Below the pieces are notes generated by a model. That model saw only the letters and a program-made list of their open reading frames with translations. It was not told the origin of the DNA and did no database searches. Below, piece after piece: positions 37,078 through 46,716 of a DNA stretch of 64,000 nucleotides. Each line of letters begins with the position of its first letter. Position 1 is the stretch's first letter. A program made the position numbers and the translations under genes. Origin of the DNA: Phycisphaerales bacterium (GTDB lineage Bacteria; Planctomycetota; Phycisphaerae; Phycisphaerales; SM1A02); the NCBI GenBank assembly GCA_029268515.1, contig JAQWNP010000010.1:218330-282329 (forward strand). Reading direction: 5' to 3'.

Positions 37078-38926
37078 TAATGGGCATCAGGGTGCGCCCA
37101 TCCCTTTTGTCTAGGGTCATCACGTCAAAGAGCTGACCATTCTCATCTATTGCTTGAAATTCAAGGATGCCACCATGGATAGCCACATAGACGAGGTGAT
37201 GTCGTTGTGCTTTTCGGTGCCCGAAAAAAGTATTCGCAGGGTCAAAGTTCTCAAGTGTGCCACCGCCACCGGCACAAGTGACGTAAATCACACCGCCTTC
37301 ATCCCAGGGCACCACTGATTGTCCAGAAAGTGGGAAAGTACGTTCGTAATCATGAACATGTCCACTAAAGCAAATATCAACACCATATTGATCAAGTAAT
37401 TTCGTGATGTTTCGCGCATTGAGATCACCACGGTTTGATGTGGTTTCAAAGGTGTCACCATAATCATCGCTGTCGCTGGTCCATGGTGGTTGGTGAAGGA
37501 CAGCAAACTTCCACTGAGCATCGCTTTCGCGTAGTGCACGATTGAGCCATGCGAGTTGCTCAGATTGATCTGCAAGATCACGATTGCCGTCGATCATAAA
37601 GAAATCAGCGTCACCATATGAGAACGTGTACCAACGCTCTGGCTCTGGCAGGCTCATATAGTCGTAATAGTATTGAGCATCTTGTTCATGATTGCCAAGC
37701 ACCGGCATCATAGGTACACGGGAAATCAGTGGCTGCATATTGGGGAAGAAGTGACCAGTCCAATGGCTCTTATCTGAACCCGTGGTCACAAGATCGCCCG
37801 CGTGAATCAGTAAGTTTGGACGGGTTTCATAGGCCAGATCTGAGACGCGCTTAACGACGTTTGGTTGGGCTTGAGTATCACCGATGGCTACAAATGTGAA
37901 GGCATCGCCTCTCTGCGCAGCAGTTCGAAAGCTCAATAGGGGACTTTCAATGGTCTGTGTTCCGTGCGCATCAGTCACGTCAGCATAGACCTGGTAGAAG
38001 TATTTACTGTGGGGTCTGAGGCCTTGAAGGCGGAACTCATGGAGTTCGGCAGGCTCTTCCTGCGTCATTTGTGACCACGAGCCATCTTCAGGTTTGAACT
38101 TCACCCACATCTTGGCAGGCCTGGTGGTCTCTGCGATCACGCTGACTGCGTCAGATGTTGGCCAGGTCAAAAACGGAGAGACCATCCAATCAAGCTTTGT
38201 GTCGACTTTGGGGGCAAGCTTGGTGAGCCTGGAGCTCTTTTTGAATTCGCGTTCGATCTGAACTTGGTTGAGGGCGGCGTCTTGTATTTGCACAGACTTG
38301 ATTCTGCCATCAAGGCCCTGATCTTCATTGCGATCAAGATAGCCACCAATAGCCAATGGTGCTGTCGGGTCGTAAAGTACTGGGCCTGTTTGTTCTTTAG
38401 AAACACCAACTAATTGGCCATCCATATACAGACGCATTTCTTGGCCGTCATAGGTGCCGGCTACATGATGCCAACGCCCAATTTCAAATGGTCGATCAGA
38501 TTTCAGATACGTCATTCTTCCATCACCATCATCAGTGCCTTCGCTGGCCAAACCAAAGGTAAAGGCTGTCTGGTCATACCCTAAGACCCATCCTTTTTCG
38601 GCATCGGCATTGTCTTGTACAGCGCCGATAAATCCGCCCCAGGTGGTTGGCATGTCAATAGAAACCCAGGCCTCAACAGTAAGAGCATCTGTCGGTAGGG
38701 GTGTGTCTAGGTCAGAGATCTGAGGAGCGATCAAAAAGGGCACAGATCGTCCTGGCAAGATGATTCCGTTTGGATCGGCTTCAACCTTGATGTCGCCTCT
38801 TCGTATGACCGAGGGCGTATCAGCAGTTGGTATGAGTTCGGTGCCACTGGCGTGCCAATGCCATTGGTCAATGAGAGTTGAGTGTAGGCAAGTAATCGAT
38901 AGCAATGCAGTGAGAATTAATGACAT
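37070..38926 (-). CDS. Secreted LamG-like / purple-acid-phosphatase-type metallophosphoesterase
   Basis: LamG-like LTVEAWVSID...WHHVAGTYDGQEMRLYMDGQLVG. Phosphoesterase motifs in order: FVAIGDTQ, LIHAGDLV, LGNHE, FAVLHQPP, FSGHVHDYER. Confidence 0.8.
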   Translation of the reverse strand: MSLILTALLSITCLHSTLIDQWHWHASGTELIPTADTPSVIRRGDIKVEADPNGIILPGRSVPFLIAPQISDLDTPLPTDALTVEAWVSIDMPTTWGGFIGAVQDNADAEKGWVLGYDQTAFTFGLASEGTDDGDGRMTYLKSDRPFEIGRWHHVAGTYDGQEMRLYMDGQLVGVSKEQTGPVLYDPTAPLAIGGYLDRNEDQGLDGRIKSVQIQDAALNQVQIEREFKKSSRLTKLAPKVDTKLDWMVSPFLTWPTSDAVSVIAETTRPAKMWVKFKPEDGSWSQMTQEEPAELHEFRLQGLRPHSKYFYQVYADVTDAHGTQTIESPLLSFRTAAQRGDAFTFVAIGDTQAQPNVVKRVSDLAYETRPNLLIHAGDLVTTGSDKSHWTGHFFPNMQPLISRVPMMPVLGNHEQDAQYYYDYMSLPEPERWYTFSYGDADFFMIDGNRDLADQSEQLAWLNRALRESDAQWKFAVLHQPPWTSDSDDYGDTFETTSNRGDLNARNITKLLDQYGVDICFSGHVHDYERTFPLSGQSVVPWDEGGVIYVTCAGGGGTLENFDPANTFFGHRKAQRHHLVYVAIHGGILEFQAIDENGQLFDVMTLDKRDGRTLMPISE

Positions 38927-39396
38927 GCCCTGTAGTGTAACTACATGGCGGCAAACGAGGCTTTTATAAAGAATCCCCCCGAAGCGGTGGTGGGACCACT
39001 TCGGGGGGGAGGGAAGAATGGAAGCTCAGGGTCCAAGCCGGGGTCGAAGGTCCGACGAGGTGAGCTTCCCCAGGTGCCATGGTCTTCCGGTGACCTTTGG
39101 CAACCGGAACAAGCGGTGAGATGTGGAGGATGCGAAGTATCCGCCGATCTTTCTCCACTGCCAAGAATGCAGCTTTGTAAGCACTTGAACCCCTCGTGTT
39201 AAATTAAGAGAGGATCAGAGAAGATTACGGGTTTCACGCGATTCCCTGTTTCACCCATCCCAACACAAGAGGACTCCTTCCTCTTGTATTGATTGTGCGG
39301 TTTCTCCTTCCATCATCCGCTCTCACCCTTGATCCATCTTCTTCGCCAACTCCCGGAGCGAACAGAGTCGACGAAGCTTATAAACAGTAGAAATTC
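38927..39396 (-). other. ORF-free, hairpin-dense spacer: candidate nrdJ 3' structures and/or a cis-regulatory leader of the downstream operon
   Basis: Five strong stems lie at about 39341-39376, 39265-39287, 39123-39158, 39020-39069 and 38975-39008. The first and last gain G-U pairs only on the minus strand. On the minus strand the last stem is followed by AUUCUUUAUAAAAG. Confidence 0.4.
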
Positions 39397-42300
39397 TTAG
39401 CTGCAGCCCATTGAGTTGCCGCAGTTCATGCATTTGTAACAACTGCCATTTCTTACAGTGATTGAGCCGCAGCCGTCACATGCGGGTGCATCTCCCATCA
39501 TTGATGCATTGGAATGATCAATCGCTCGCGAGGCAGGCAGTGTCTCTGCGTAGTCGCTTGTCTGTTCGATTGTTTCTGATCGAACAGCAATGGTCTCGTG
39601 TTTCACAACTGTGGTTAGTGACGCTGAGGCTCCGCCGGTCTTCACCTCGCCTGATGGCGTGCCGGATGGTCCAGTGTCGCCAGGAAGAGTCACTCGTGAA
39701 GTGGTCCCACCATCGGCGCTGGTCTGAGTCGATAGATTGCTCGGCGTCTGGTTTTCCAATCCAAGTCGATGTGCACCAGCTGTTGTCCCACTGGTCTGAC
39801 CTGACTCGCTCTGGCATGGTGTGCCCTCCTTGGCATCTCTGGTCGTCATTTGATTTTCTTCTGCCCCTTTGACACCAATGGCTTCCTGCCGTGAGGTCTC
39901 AGAACGTGGGGTTTCTTTTTCTGTTCGTTGTGGTGCATTGGCTTCTCGATATCCAGCAATGAACTGCATACCCAGCCACCGGAAAATGTAATCAACCAAG
40001 CTTTTTGCAAAGGGAATGTCTCGGTTCGTGGTCATGCCCATTGGTTCAAATCGTTGGTGGGCAAATTTGGTGACCAGGCTTTCGACAGGCACACCATACT
40101 GAAGCGCGACACTGATGGCGGTTCCAAGTGAATCCATTAGTCCGCCGATAGTCGAACCTTCTTTAGACATCGTGATAAACAACTCGCCAGGAGATCCGTC
40201 TTCGTATTGTCCGACGGTGAGGTATCCCTCGTGTCCAGCCACGTTGAAGTGATGGGTGATGCTATGTCGCGTATCCGGTAAACGGCGACGCATGGGTCTT
40301 TCAATAATTCGTTCTACGATTCGTTCTACAAACGCAGGTGATTGAGCTTGATCTTTCGAGGCATCGGTATCATTTTCTTCTGTGATTGAAACCTGTGTGG
40401 CGGCCTCAATAACTTCAATGGCAACCTCATTGATGGCCTCGTTGACATCATCTTCGTCCTCTTCATCTTCGAGAGAGACATCGCTTTTGGTATTGAGTGG
40501 TTGGCTCAGTTTGCACCCGTCGCGATACAACGCATTTGCCTTGAGCCCGAGTTCCCAGCTCAGCCGATAGGCACTTGAGATGTCTTCGATGCTCGCGTCA
40601 TTTGGAAGATTGATCGTCTTTGAAATTGCTCCAGAGATGAAAGGCTGAGCGGCAGCCATCATATGAATATGGCCAGTTGGAGCAATAAAGCGTTGCCCGA
40701 TCTTGCCGCATTTATTAGCACAATCAAATACTGGTAGGTGTTCATCCTGGATATGTGGTGCACCTTCAATAGTCTGGGTGCCGCAGATGGTGACATTGAG
40801 TGATTCAATTTGCGCTGCGCTCAGACCAAGTGTCTTGAGGCCATCAAAGGTTGGATTATTTCGAGCATCTTCCAACGAAACATTAAGGTGTTCGAGAACA
40901 TGGGCTGGCATTGACCAAGCTGAAAATGCGAAGCCAAGTTCAAAGACAGTGGGAAGTGCGTTTTCAACTTCAACGAGATCTTCAGATTTGTATCCAAACT
41001 CCAATAGATGCTCGCGAAGCGTCAGTTTAGTTTGTGGAATTGGTGTATCTAGGCTGAGTGTGCCCATTACATAGGTCAGCATTGCATCTACTTGATCAGG
41101 GGCATAGCCAAGTGTATTGAGTGCCGGTCGAAGTGACTGATTAGCAATCTTGAAGTAGCCACCGCCAGCAAGTTTCTTGAATTTTGTTAGGGCAAAGTCT
41201 GGTTCAACCCCAGTGGTATCGCAATCCATGAGTAGACCGATCGTACCAGTAGGTGCGATGACGGTTGTTTGTGCATTTCGGAATCCAAAACGTTTTCCAA
41301 GGGTCAGCGCATCATCCCATGCTTTTGTTGCTCGTACAGATAGCTGTGTTGCATTACCGAGACGACTTTGTTCGGTTGTAAGTAGTTCATGTTCGATTGG
41401 AACCGGCGTAATTGTAAGAGATTCATATGCATCTGAACTACGTGGTGTGCCATAAGCGGCACGGCGATGGTTACGCATCACTCTTAGCATCGACTCACGG
41501 TTCTCTTCGAAACCAGGGAAGGCGCCTTGTTCAGAAGCCATTGTGGCGCTTGTTGCATAAGAGCGGCCAGTCAGAATTGCTGAGAGAGCGCCGCAAATGG
41601 CCCGGCCTTCCTCAGAGTCATATGGAATTCCTGCTTGCATCAGCATGGCGCCAAGATTGGCATATCCCAGACCCAAAGTTCGGTAATGGTAGCTCTGAGA
41701 AGCAATAATCTCAGATGGATAAGCGGCCATGAGTACTGAGATCTCAAGGACTATTGTCCATAGGTTGACGGCGTGTTCGAAACCCTCTGTATCAAAGGTG
41801 CAGCCATTGATGTCAAAGAGCTGCATGAGGTTGATTGATGCGAGGTTGCATGCGGTGTCATCAAGGAACATGTATTCGCTGCACGGATTGGAAGCGTTGA
41901 TGCGACCACTGTCAGGACAGGTGTGCCATGAATTAATGGTCGAATCGAACTGAATACCCGGATCAGCACACCGCCATGCTGCGGTGCAGATCTGATCCCA
42001 TAATTCGATCGCCTCTAGTGTCTTGGTCACTTCGCCGTCAATGCGAGAGGTGAGCGACCAGTCTTTTGATTGATCAACAGCCTCGAAAAACTCATCGCTG
42101 ATTCGAACAGAGTTATTCGAATTTTGGCCAGAGACAGTGAGATAGGCTTCGCCATTGAAGTCGTAGTCGAGCTGAAGGCCTAGTTTGTCGGCAAGTTCAC
42201 GCTGATCTTCGGAAAGTACCCGCAGACCTTCAACCATGGCCGCAACTTTTATCTCTTCACGGACCTTCCAGTTTACGAATTCCTCAATATCAGGATGATC

Positions 42301-43215
42301 GACATCAAGACAGACCATCTTTGCAGCGCGACGTGTTGTTCCGCCAGACTTGATCGCACTTGCGGCACGATCTCCGATCTTGAGGAAACTCATCAATCCA
42401 GAGCTCTTGCCGCCTCCAGAGAGCGCTTCACCATCGCCACGAATTGTTGAAAAGTTGGTACCCGTACCAGATCCATACTTAAAAAGACGAGCCTCACGGG
42501 TCCAAAGATCCATGATGCCACCATCACCCACCAGATCATCACGAACAGACTGAATGAAACAGGCATGAGGTTGTGGATGTGTGTAAGCATCATTGGCTTG
42601 AGTGACTTCACCGGTATCAGGGTTCGGTACAAAGTGACCTTGCGCTGGCCCAGTAATGCCATAGGCCCAGTTCAGTCCGGTATTGAACCACTGGGGGGAG
42701 TTTGGAGCTGCAACTTGGTTTAGGAGCATCCAAGCGAGTTCGTCATAGAAGGCATCGGCATCTTCAGTGGTCTCGAAGTATCCATGGGTTTGTCCCCAGG
42801 CTCTCCAGCAGCCGCAGAGGCGGTGGACCACTTGTTTTACAGATCGCTCCGGGCCAGTGATCGCCTTGCCTTCACTGTCTGTTTTGGGTGTCCCCTCAGC
42901 AGTCATTTGTGGAACGCCTGCTTTTCGGAAGTACTTGCTGACCATGATATCAGTGGCCAGTTGACTCCAATTTGCAGGGACCTCAGCATCATTCATCTCA
43001 AAGACGAGTGATCCATCCGTATTACTAATTCGACTTGAGCGGTGGGTCCACTCCACTGTTGAAAAAACGTCCTGTCCCTTAGTCGTAAATCGTCTTTGAA
43101 TTTTCATGCCAATGGACTCTTCGAGATGAGGTTTTTGATTGGTTGTGTCTTGCGTCTTTTTTTCGGCACGTCGTGCCGAAGCTGGTTGCGGATTAGGAAC
43201 CATCGTCTCCGTCAA
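39397..43215 (-). CDS. nrdJ: Adenosylcobalamin-dependent (class II) ribonucleoside-diphosphate reductase
   Basis: N-terminus [27 protein letters not shown]...[23 protein letters not shown]. Core motifs SNPCSEY and [14 protein letters not shown]-terminal Cys cluster [27 protein letters not shown]. The start is uncertain: ATG 43215 overlaps dcd, while ATG 43107 is the homology-supported Met. Confidence 0.9.
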   Translation of the reverse strand: MTETMVPNPQPASARRAEKKTQDTTNQKPHLEESIGMKIQRRFTTKGQDVFSTVEWTHRSSRISNTDGSLVFEMNDAEVPANWSQLATDIMVSKYFRKAGVPQMTAEGTPKTDSEGKAITGPERSVKQVVHRLCGCWRAWGQTHGYFETTEDADAFYDELAWMLLNQVAAPNSPQWFNTGLNWAYGITGPAQGHFVPNPDTGEVTQANDAYTHPQPHACFIQSVRDDLVGDGGIMDLWTREARLFKYGSGTGTNFSTIRGDGEALSGGGKSSGLMSFLKIGDRAASAIKSGGTTRRAAKMVCLDVDHPDIEEFVNWKVREEIKVAAMVEGLRVLSEDQRELADKLGLQLDYDFNGEAYLTVSGQNSNNSVRISDEFFEAVDQSKDWSLTSRIDGEVTKTLEAIELWDQICTAAWRCADPGIQFDSTINSWHTCPDSGRINASNPCSEYMFLDDTACNLASINLMQLFDINGCTFDTEGFEHAVNLWTIVLEISVLMAAYPSEIIASQSYHYRTLGLGYANLGAMLMQAGIPYDSEEGRAICGALSAILTGRSYATSATMASEQGAFPGFEENRESMLRVMRNHRRAAYGTPRSSDAYESLTITPVPIEHELLTTEQSRLGNATQLSVRATKAWDDALTLGKRFGFRNAQTTVIAPTGTIGLLMDCDTTGVEPDFALTKFKKLAGGGYFKIANQSLRPALNTLGYAPDQVDAMLTYVMGTLSLDTPIPQTKLTLREHLLEFGYKSEDLVEVENALPTVFELGFAFSAWSMPAHVLEHLNVSLEDARNNPTFDGLKTLGLSAAQIESLNVTICGTQTIEGAPHIQDEHLPVFDCANKCGKIGQRFIAPTGHIHMMAAAQPFISGAISKTINLPNDASIEDISSAYRLSWELGLKANALYRDGCKLSQPLNTKSDVSLEDEEDEDDVNEAINEVAIEVIEAATQVSITEENDTDASKDQAQSPAFVERIVERIIERPMRRRLPDTRHSITHHFNVAGHEGYLTVGQYEDGSPGELFITMSKEGSTIGGLMDSLGTAISVALQYGVPVESLVTKFAHQRFEPMGMTTNRDIPFAKSLVDYIFRWLGMQFIAGYREANAPQRTEKETPRSETSRQEAIGVKGAEENQMTTRDAKEGTPCQSESGQTSGTTAGAHRLGLENQTPSNLSTQTSADGGTTSRVTLPGDTGPSGTPSGEVKTGGASASLTTVVKHETIAVRSETIEQTSDYAETLPASRAIDHSNASMMGDAPACDGCGSITVRNGSCYKCMNCGNSMGCS

Positions 43216-43777
43216 CCATGGGCAGCGTTAGGCCTTTTTGGTCTTGATATTTACCACCTTTATCTGCATAGCTTGTTTCGCAGATAGAACTGGCCTTGAG
43301 GAAGATGAGTTGAGCAATTCCTTCGTTGGAATAGACTTTGGCTGGAAGTGGTGTCGTATTACTGATTTCTAGTGTGACACGACCTCGCCATTCGGGCTCA
43401 AGGGGCGTGACATTCACTATGAGACCACAACGAGCGTAGGTGCTCTTGCCAACGCAGATGGCCAATATGTCACGGGGGATAGAGAACCACTCGACCGTTT
43501 CAGCCAATGCAAAGCTATTGGGTGGAATCACAACATGATCACGTTTTGTTTCATCAGTATTGATGGTTATGAATAATTCATCATCGAATTTCTTTGGGTC
43601 CACAATGGTGGCACCGCCACAAGTCGCATTGGTAAAGATCTTGAAGCTTGTCCCAACACGAACGTCGTAGCCATAGCTGGAGACGCCCCATGAGACGCGT
43701 CCTGCACGGCGAGCTAAATTAGAAAATGGTTCGATCTCGATTTGTTCACGGATTTGTGTGTCACTCAATACGGTCAT
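43193..43777 (-). CDS. dcd: dCTP deaminase
   Basis: I placed the start at [17 protein letters not shown] (ATG 43777). Motifs GYDVRVG and [53 protein letters not shown]. Confidence 0.85.
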   Translation of the reverse strand: MTVLSDTQIREQIEIEPFSNLARRAGRVSWGVSSYGYDVRVGTSFKIFTNATCGGATIVDPKKFDDELFITINTDETKRDHVVIPPNSFALAETVEWFSIPRDILAICVGKSTYARCGLIVNVTPLEPEWRGRVTLEISNTTPLPAKVYSNEGIAQLIFLKASSICETSYADKGGKYQDQKGLTLPMVDGDDGS

Positions 43778-44049
43778 AGTTGTCTGACATTCCTTCCCGG
43801 TCGCCTGCGATACATCAATTCGGCACGCATTTGGTTCTTGGTTGGTGGTCTGGGCTGTACCCAAATCAATTTTGCGGTCAGCTTCCAGGCTGGGGTTCCA
43901 GGAAGCGGGTGCGACAGCAATCAACCAATCGCCTGAAGCGGCAAATTCGTACGAGTTACTAACAAAGTCCTAACATAGATCGTGTTTCCCCTCACACGAC
44001 ATTGAGAAATGCAAATGATCGGTTTTCTTTCCATAAAAGACGTATCGTA

Positions 44050-44097
44050 ATACTACATCTTGTACCTTCAAGAAAGCCAACCCCACAATATAGTTTT
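44050..44097 (-). promoter_or_regulatory. Candidate tandem NrdR boxes upstream of dcd-nrdJ
   Basis: Two 16-mers, ATACTACATCTTGTAC (44050-65) and CCACAATATAGTTTTT (44082-97), match about 10/16 and 12/16 of the acaCwAtATaTwgtgt-type palindrome. Their centres are 32 bp apart. Confidence 0.35.
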
Positions 44098-44215
44098 TTA
44101 GATGCAAAATCCACCACTGCAATTCAACCTCTATCAGTGGACATCTTATCGAACCTGCATTGGGAGGCCAAAACCACTACAAATCGAGTGGAGAAGCTGT
44201 CATAACCTGTCTGAT

Positions 44216-44231
44216 ACCCTACATATTGTGT
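44216..44231. promoter_or_regulatory. Isolated NrdR-box-like palindrome
   Basis: ACCCTACATATTGTGT matches about 14/16 of the same consensus. I saw no clear partner box at +/-32 bp. Confidence 0.3.
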
Positions 44232-44436
44232 TTGGAGGTGGATTGGAGCGGACATCACACTTATCCCCCTGGAGCCACGCTCAGTGGGCATTGTTGGTCG
44301 GTGGGGCTTTTAGTGAAGGTCTCTTTCTAGGCTGAGGAGAACTTCAAGGGGCCTTTTTGTATGAGGATTGTCGGATTGTGGAGCCCGGATAGACTTCTTC
44401 AGCGGTCTCGATTTGAATTGGAGCGTGTTTACAGTC

Positions 44437-46683
44437 ATGGAAGATGTGTTTCTTAAGGGCTTAACTCAGTCACAACAGACTGCTGCGCAGCACGTTGATG
44501 GGCCAGCATTGGTTCTGGCGGGGCCAGGCTCGGGAAAGACGATGGTGGTGACACGTCGTGTCGCGCGCCTGGTCAACCTCGGTATTGCGCCTTGGCAAAT
44601 ATTGGCTTTAACATTTACGAATAAAGCAGCCAATGAGATGCGTCAGCGCATTGACACACTGCTTGATCAGTCAAGCCTCAACGGTTCTGGTCTGACTGTT
44701 GCAACGTTCCATAGTTTTTGTGCGCGCTTACTGCGTCGTTATGCATCGCATTTGGGTTTGCGCGAAACATTTTCAATCTATGCTTCAACTGATCAGCGGG
44801 AAGCGGCAAAGCAAGCCGTCGTACGAGCGGGGCTGGATCTATCTAATTGGACTCCGATGTCAGCGCTCAATGCGATCAGTAACGCTAAAAATGAAATGAA
44901 GGATGCGACTGACTATGCGGCCTCAGCTGGCGATTTTTACACACGCACGATTGCTCGTATCTATGCGGGCTATGAAGACATTCTTAAAGCTGCTGGCGCC
45001 GTCGACTTTGATGACCTCTTGCTATTGACAGCTAAGTTATTGAAAAGTCATATAGATGTGCGTCAAGAGCTACAAGATCGATTCCAATACGTTCTGATTG
45101 ACGAGTATCAGGATACAAATCACGCACAGTTTGTGATCGCACAAACACTCGTTGAGAAGCACCGTAATCTCTTTGTTGTTGGTGATCCTGATCAGTCAAT
45201 TTATGCTTGGCGCGGTGCAGACATCGGCAATATTCTTGAATTTACAGAACATCACTCGGCAGCAGTCACAGTCGAACTTGGTCAGAACTTTCGCAGCACG
45301 GGGCACATTGTAGAAGCGGCAGCAGGCCTAATATCTCGCAACAGCAGCCACTTACATAAAGAGCTTTACACTGAACTCGGTCCAGGAGAGCGGCCCCAGT
45401 TGATTGCGGCCATCGATGAAGAGTCTGAGGCTCGCCGTGTTGTTGACTTGTTTCGCTCTCGTCACTCAGAGCAGGGCACTCCCTGGAGTGAAATGGCGGT
45501 TCTCTACCGTGTCAATGCATTAACTCGTGTTCTCGAGACCGCATTTCGGGAAGCACAGATTCCCTATGTGATTGCCCGTGGAACAGCATTCTATGAGCGC
45601 AAGGAAGTGAAAGATGCGCTGGCATATCTACGGATACTGGCGAACCCGGACGATGATCTCGCGTTAAAGAGAATCATCAATACGCCACCTCGAGGAATTG
45701 GTGCCACCACCCTTAATCGAGTGGAGCAGTTTTCGCTTGATTCTGGTTGCTCGCTCTTAGAAGGTATGCAACGTGTTGCTGAAGTCACTGACGTATCAGC
45801 GCGTAGTCGTGGCGCCGTAAAACGTTTTATAGATCTTTTGGGTAAATGGAGATCGCTACTCGTTGAGGAGGGGCAGTCGTCATTATTAGAAAGTATAGAT
45901 TTAGCAGATCTTGTCGAGCAGGTTGTTCGTGAAAGTGGTCTCTATGATCTTTTTCGAAGTGCCCGTACCGAGGAAGATGTGCAGCGTTTGGCAAATCTCG
46001 AGGAACTGGTGTCTGCAGCAGCTAGTTTCATTCGTCCCCAAGTGGTGGTTTGGTCACCTGATTCTTCAGAAAGTGAAGATGAAGAAGAAGATCACAGTCT
46101 TATAGGTATGCTCGGCTCGTTCCTTGAATCAGTCGCTCTGGTGAGTGATCAGGATCTCATTGATCCAGAGCTTGGCGCTGTGACACTGATGACACTCCAT
46201 GCTGCCAAAGGGCTTGAGTTTGACACGGTTGCGATGGTGGGTGTTGAACAAGGATTACTGCCACACATCAGGGCCAGTGGAGATGACAATGCGATGGAGG
46301 AGGAGCGACGGCTGTGTTATGTGGGTATGACGCGTGCCCGAAAACACTTGATCATGACGCGTGCTCAGCAGCGAACGGTACGTGGCATGCGGCAGCAATC
46401 CTCGAGCAGTCAATTTCTCGAAGAGATTCCCTCTGGTTCATTAGATCAAGAGGTGATCGATGATCCATGGGCACAAGAGTATGAACCTGATATTGGTCGT
46501 TCTTTGAGCCAGTCCAGCCTGTCGGCTGGTCAGCGGGTCGTTCATCCAACCTTCGGGCGTGGTCGAATTCGCAACGTCAATCATCAACATCGTGGTGGTA
46601 AGGCAGTTGTTGAGTTTGATACAGGTATCACTCGTACACTCATCTTGGAATATGCGAATCTACGCCCAATTGGAAGCCAATAG
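44437..46683 (+). CDS. uvrD: UvrD/PcrA/Rep-family ATP-dependent DNA helicase
   Basis: I placed the start at MEDVFLKGLTQSQQTAAQHVDGPALVLAGPGSGKT. Helicase motifs LTFTNKAANEM, DEYQDTN, VGDPDQSIYAWRGA, LGQNFRS, MTLHAAKGLEF and CYVGMTRAR. Confidence 0.9.
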   Translation: MEDVFLKGLTQSQQTAAQHVDGPALVLAGPGSGKTMVVTRRVARLVNLGIAPWQILALTFTNKAANEMRQRIDTLLDQSSLNGSGLTVATFHSFCARLLRRYASHLGLRETFSIYASTDQREAAKQAVVRAGLDLSNWTPMSALNAISNAKNEMKDATDYAASAGDFYTRTIARIYAGYEDILKAAGAVDFDDLLLLTAKLLKSHIDVRQELQDRFQYVLIDEYQDTNHAQFVIAQTLVEKHRNLFVVGDPDQSIYAWRGADIGNILEFTEHHSAAVTVELGQNFRSTGHIVEAAAGLISRNSSHLHKELYTELGPGERPQLIAAIDEESEARRVVDLFRSRHSEQGTPWSEMAVLYRVNALTRVLETAFREAQIPYVIARGTAFYERKEVKDALAYLRILANPDDDLALKRIINTPPRGIGATTLNRVEQFSLDSGCSLLEGMQRVAEVTDVSARSRGAVKRFIDLLGKWRSLLVEEGQSSLLESIDLADLVEQVVRESGLYDLFRSARTEEDVQRLANLEELVSAAASFIRPQVVVWSPDSSESEDEEEDHSLIGMLGSFLESVALVSDQDLIDPELGAVTLMTLHAAKGLEFDTVAMVGVEQGLLPHIRASGDDNAMEEERRLCYVGMTRARKHLIMTRAQQRTVRGMRQQSSSSQFLEEIPSGSLDQEVIDDPWAQEYEPDIGRSLSQSSLSAGQRVVHPTFGRGRIRNVNHQHRGGKAVVEFDTGITRTLILEYANLRPIGSQ

Positions 46684-46716
46684 GTCGATGATGAATCAGA
46701 GACAGAAGGGGTCTTG

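Noticed and set aside
38945-39202. 85-aa (plus strand) and 66-aa (minus strand) ORFs in the nrdJ/phosphoesterase spacer.
   Set aside because: They have Gly/Pro/Arg/Ser-rich composition, no start context and mutual overlap in a GC-rich structured region. They are most likely non-coding.
38927-39396. A cobalamin riboswitch (attractive because nrdJ is B12-dependent), or SRP RNA, RNase P RNA, tmRNA, or an FMN, TPP or glycine aptamer.
   Set aside because: Isolated look-alike strings occur (CCACTGCC, GGGTGAAAC, CACCGGAAG). The ordered conserved cores of these families (for example GGGAA...GGUGAAA..CC...GCCACUG, GAGGAAAGUCC, or CCGGAAGGAAGCAGC-type SRP helix 8) are not present on either strand. The region remains unclassified rather than assigned.
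39397-43215. An intein or mobile insertion explaining the large size of NrdJ.
   Set aside because: No intein splice-junction or homing-endonuclease motifs were seen. The extra length is explained by an acidic insert (EDEEDEDD...), which I recall being typical of long NrdJ forms, and by the C-terminal low-complexity linker.
44002-44335. 67-aa and 77-aa plus-strand ORFs in the dcd/uvrD intergenic region, possibly a small regulator or leader peptide.
   Set aside because: They overlap each other in different frames, lack SD-like sequences and have low-complexity products. The region is better explained as promoter/leader DNA.
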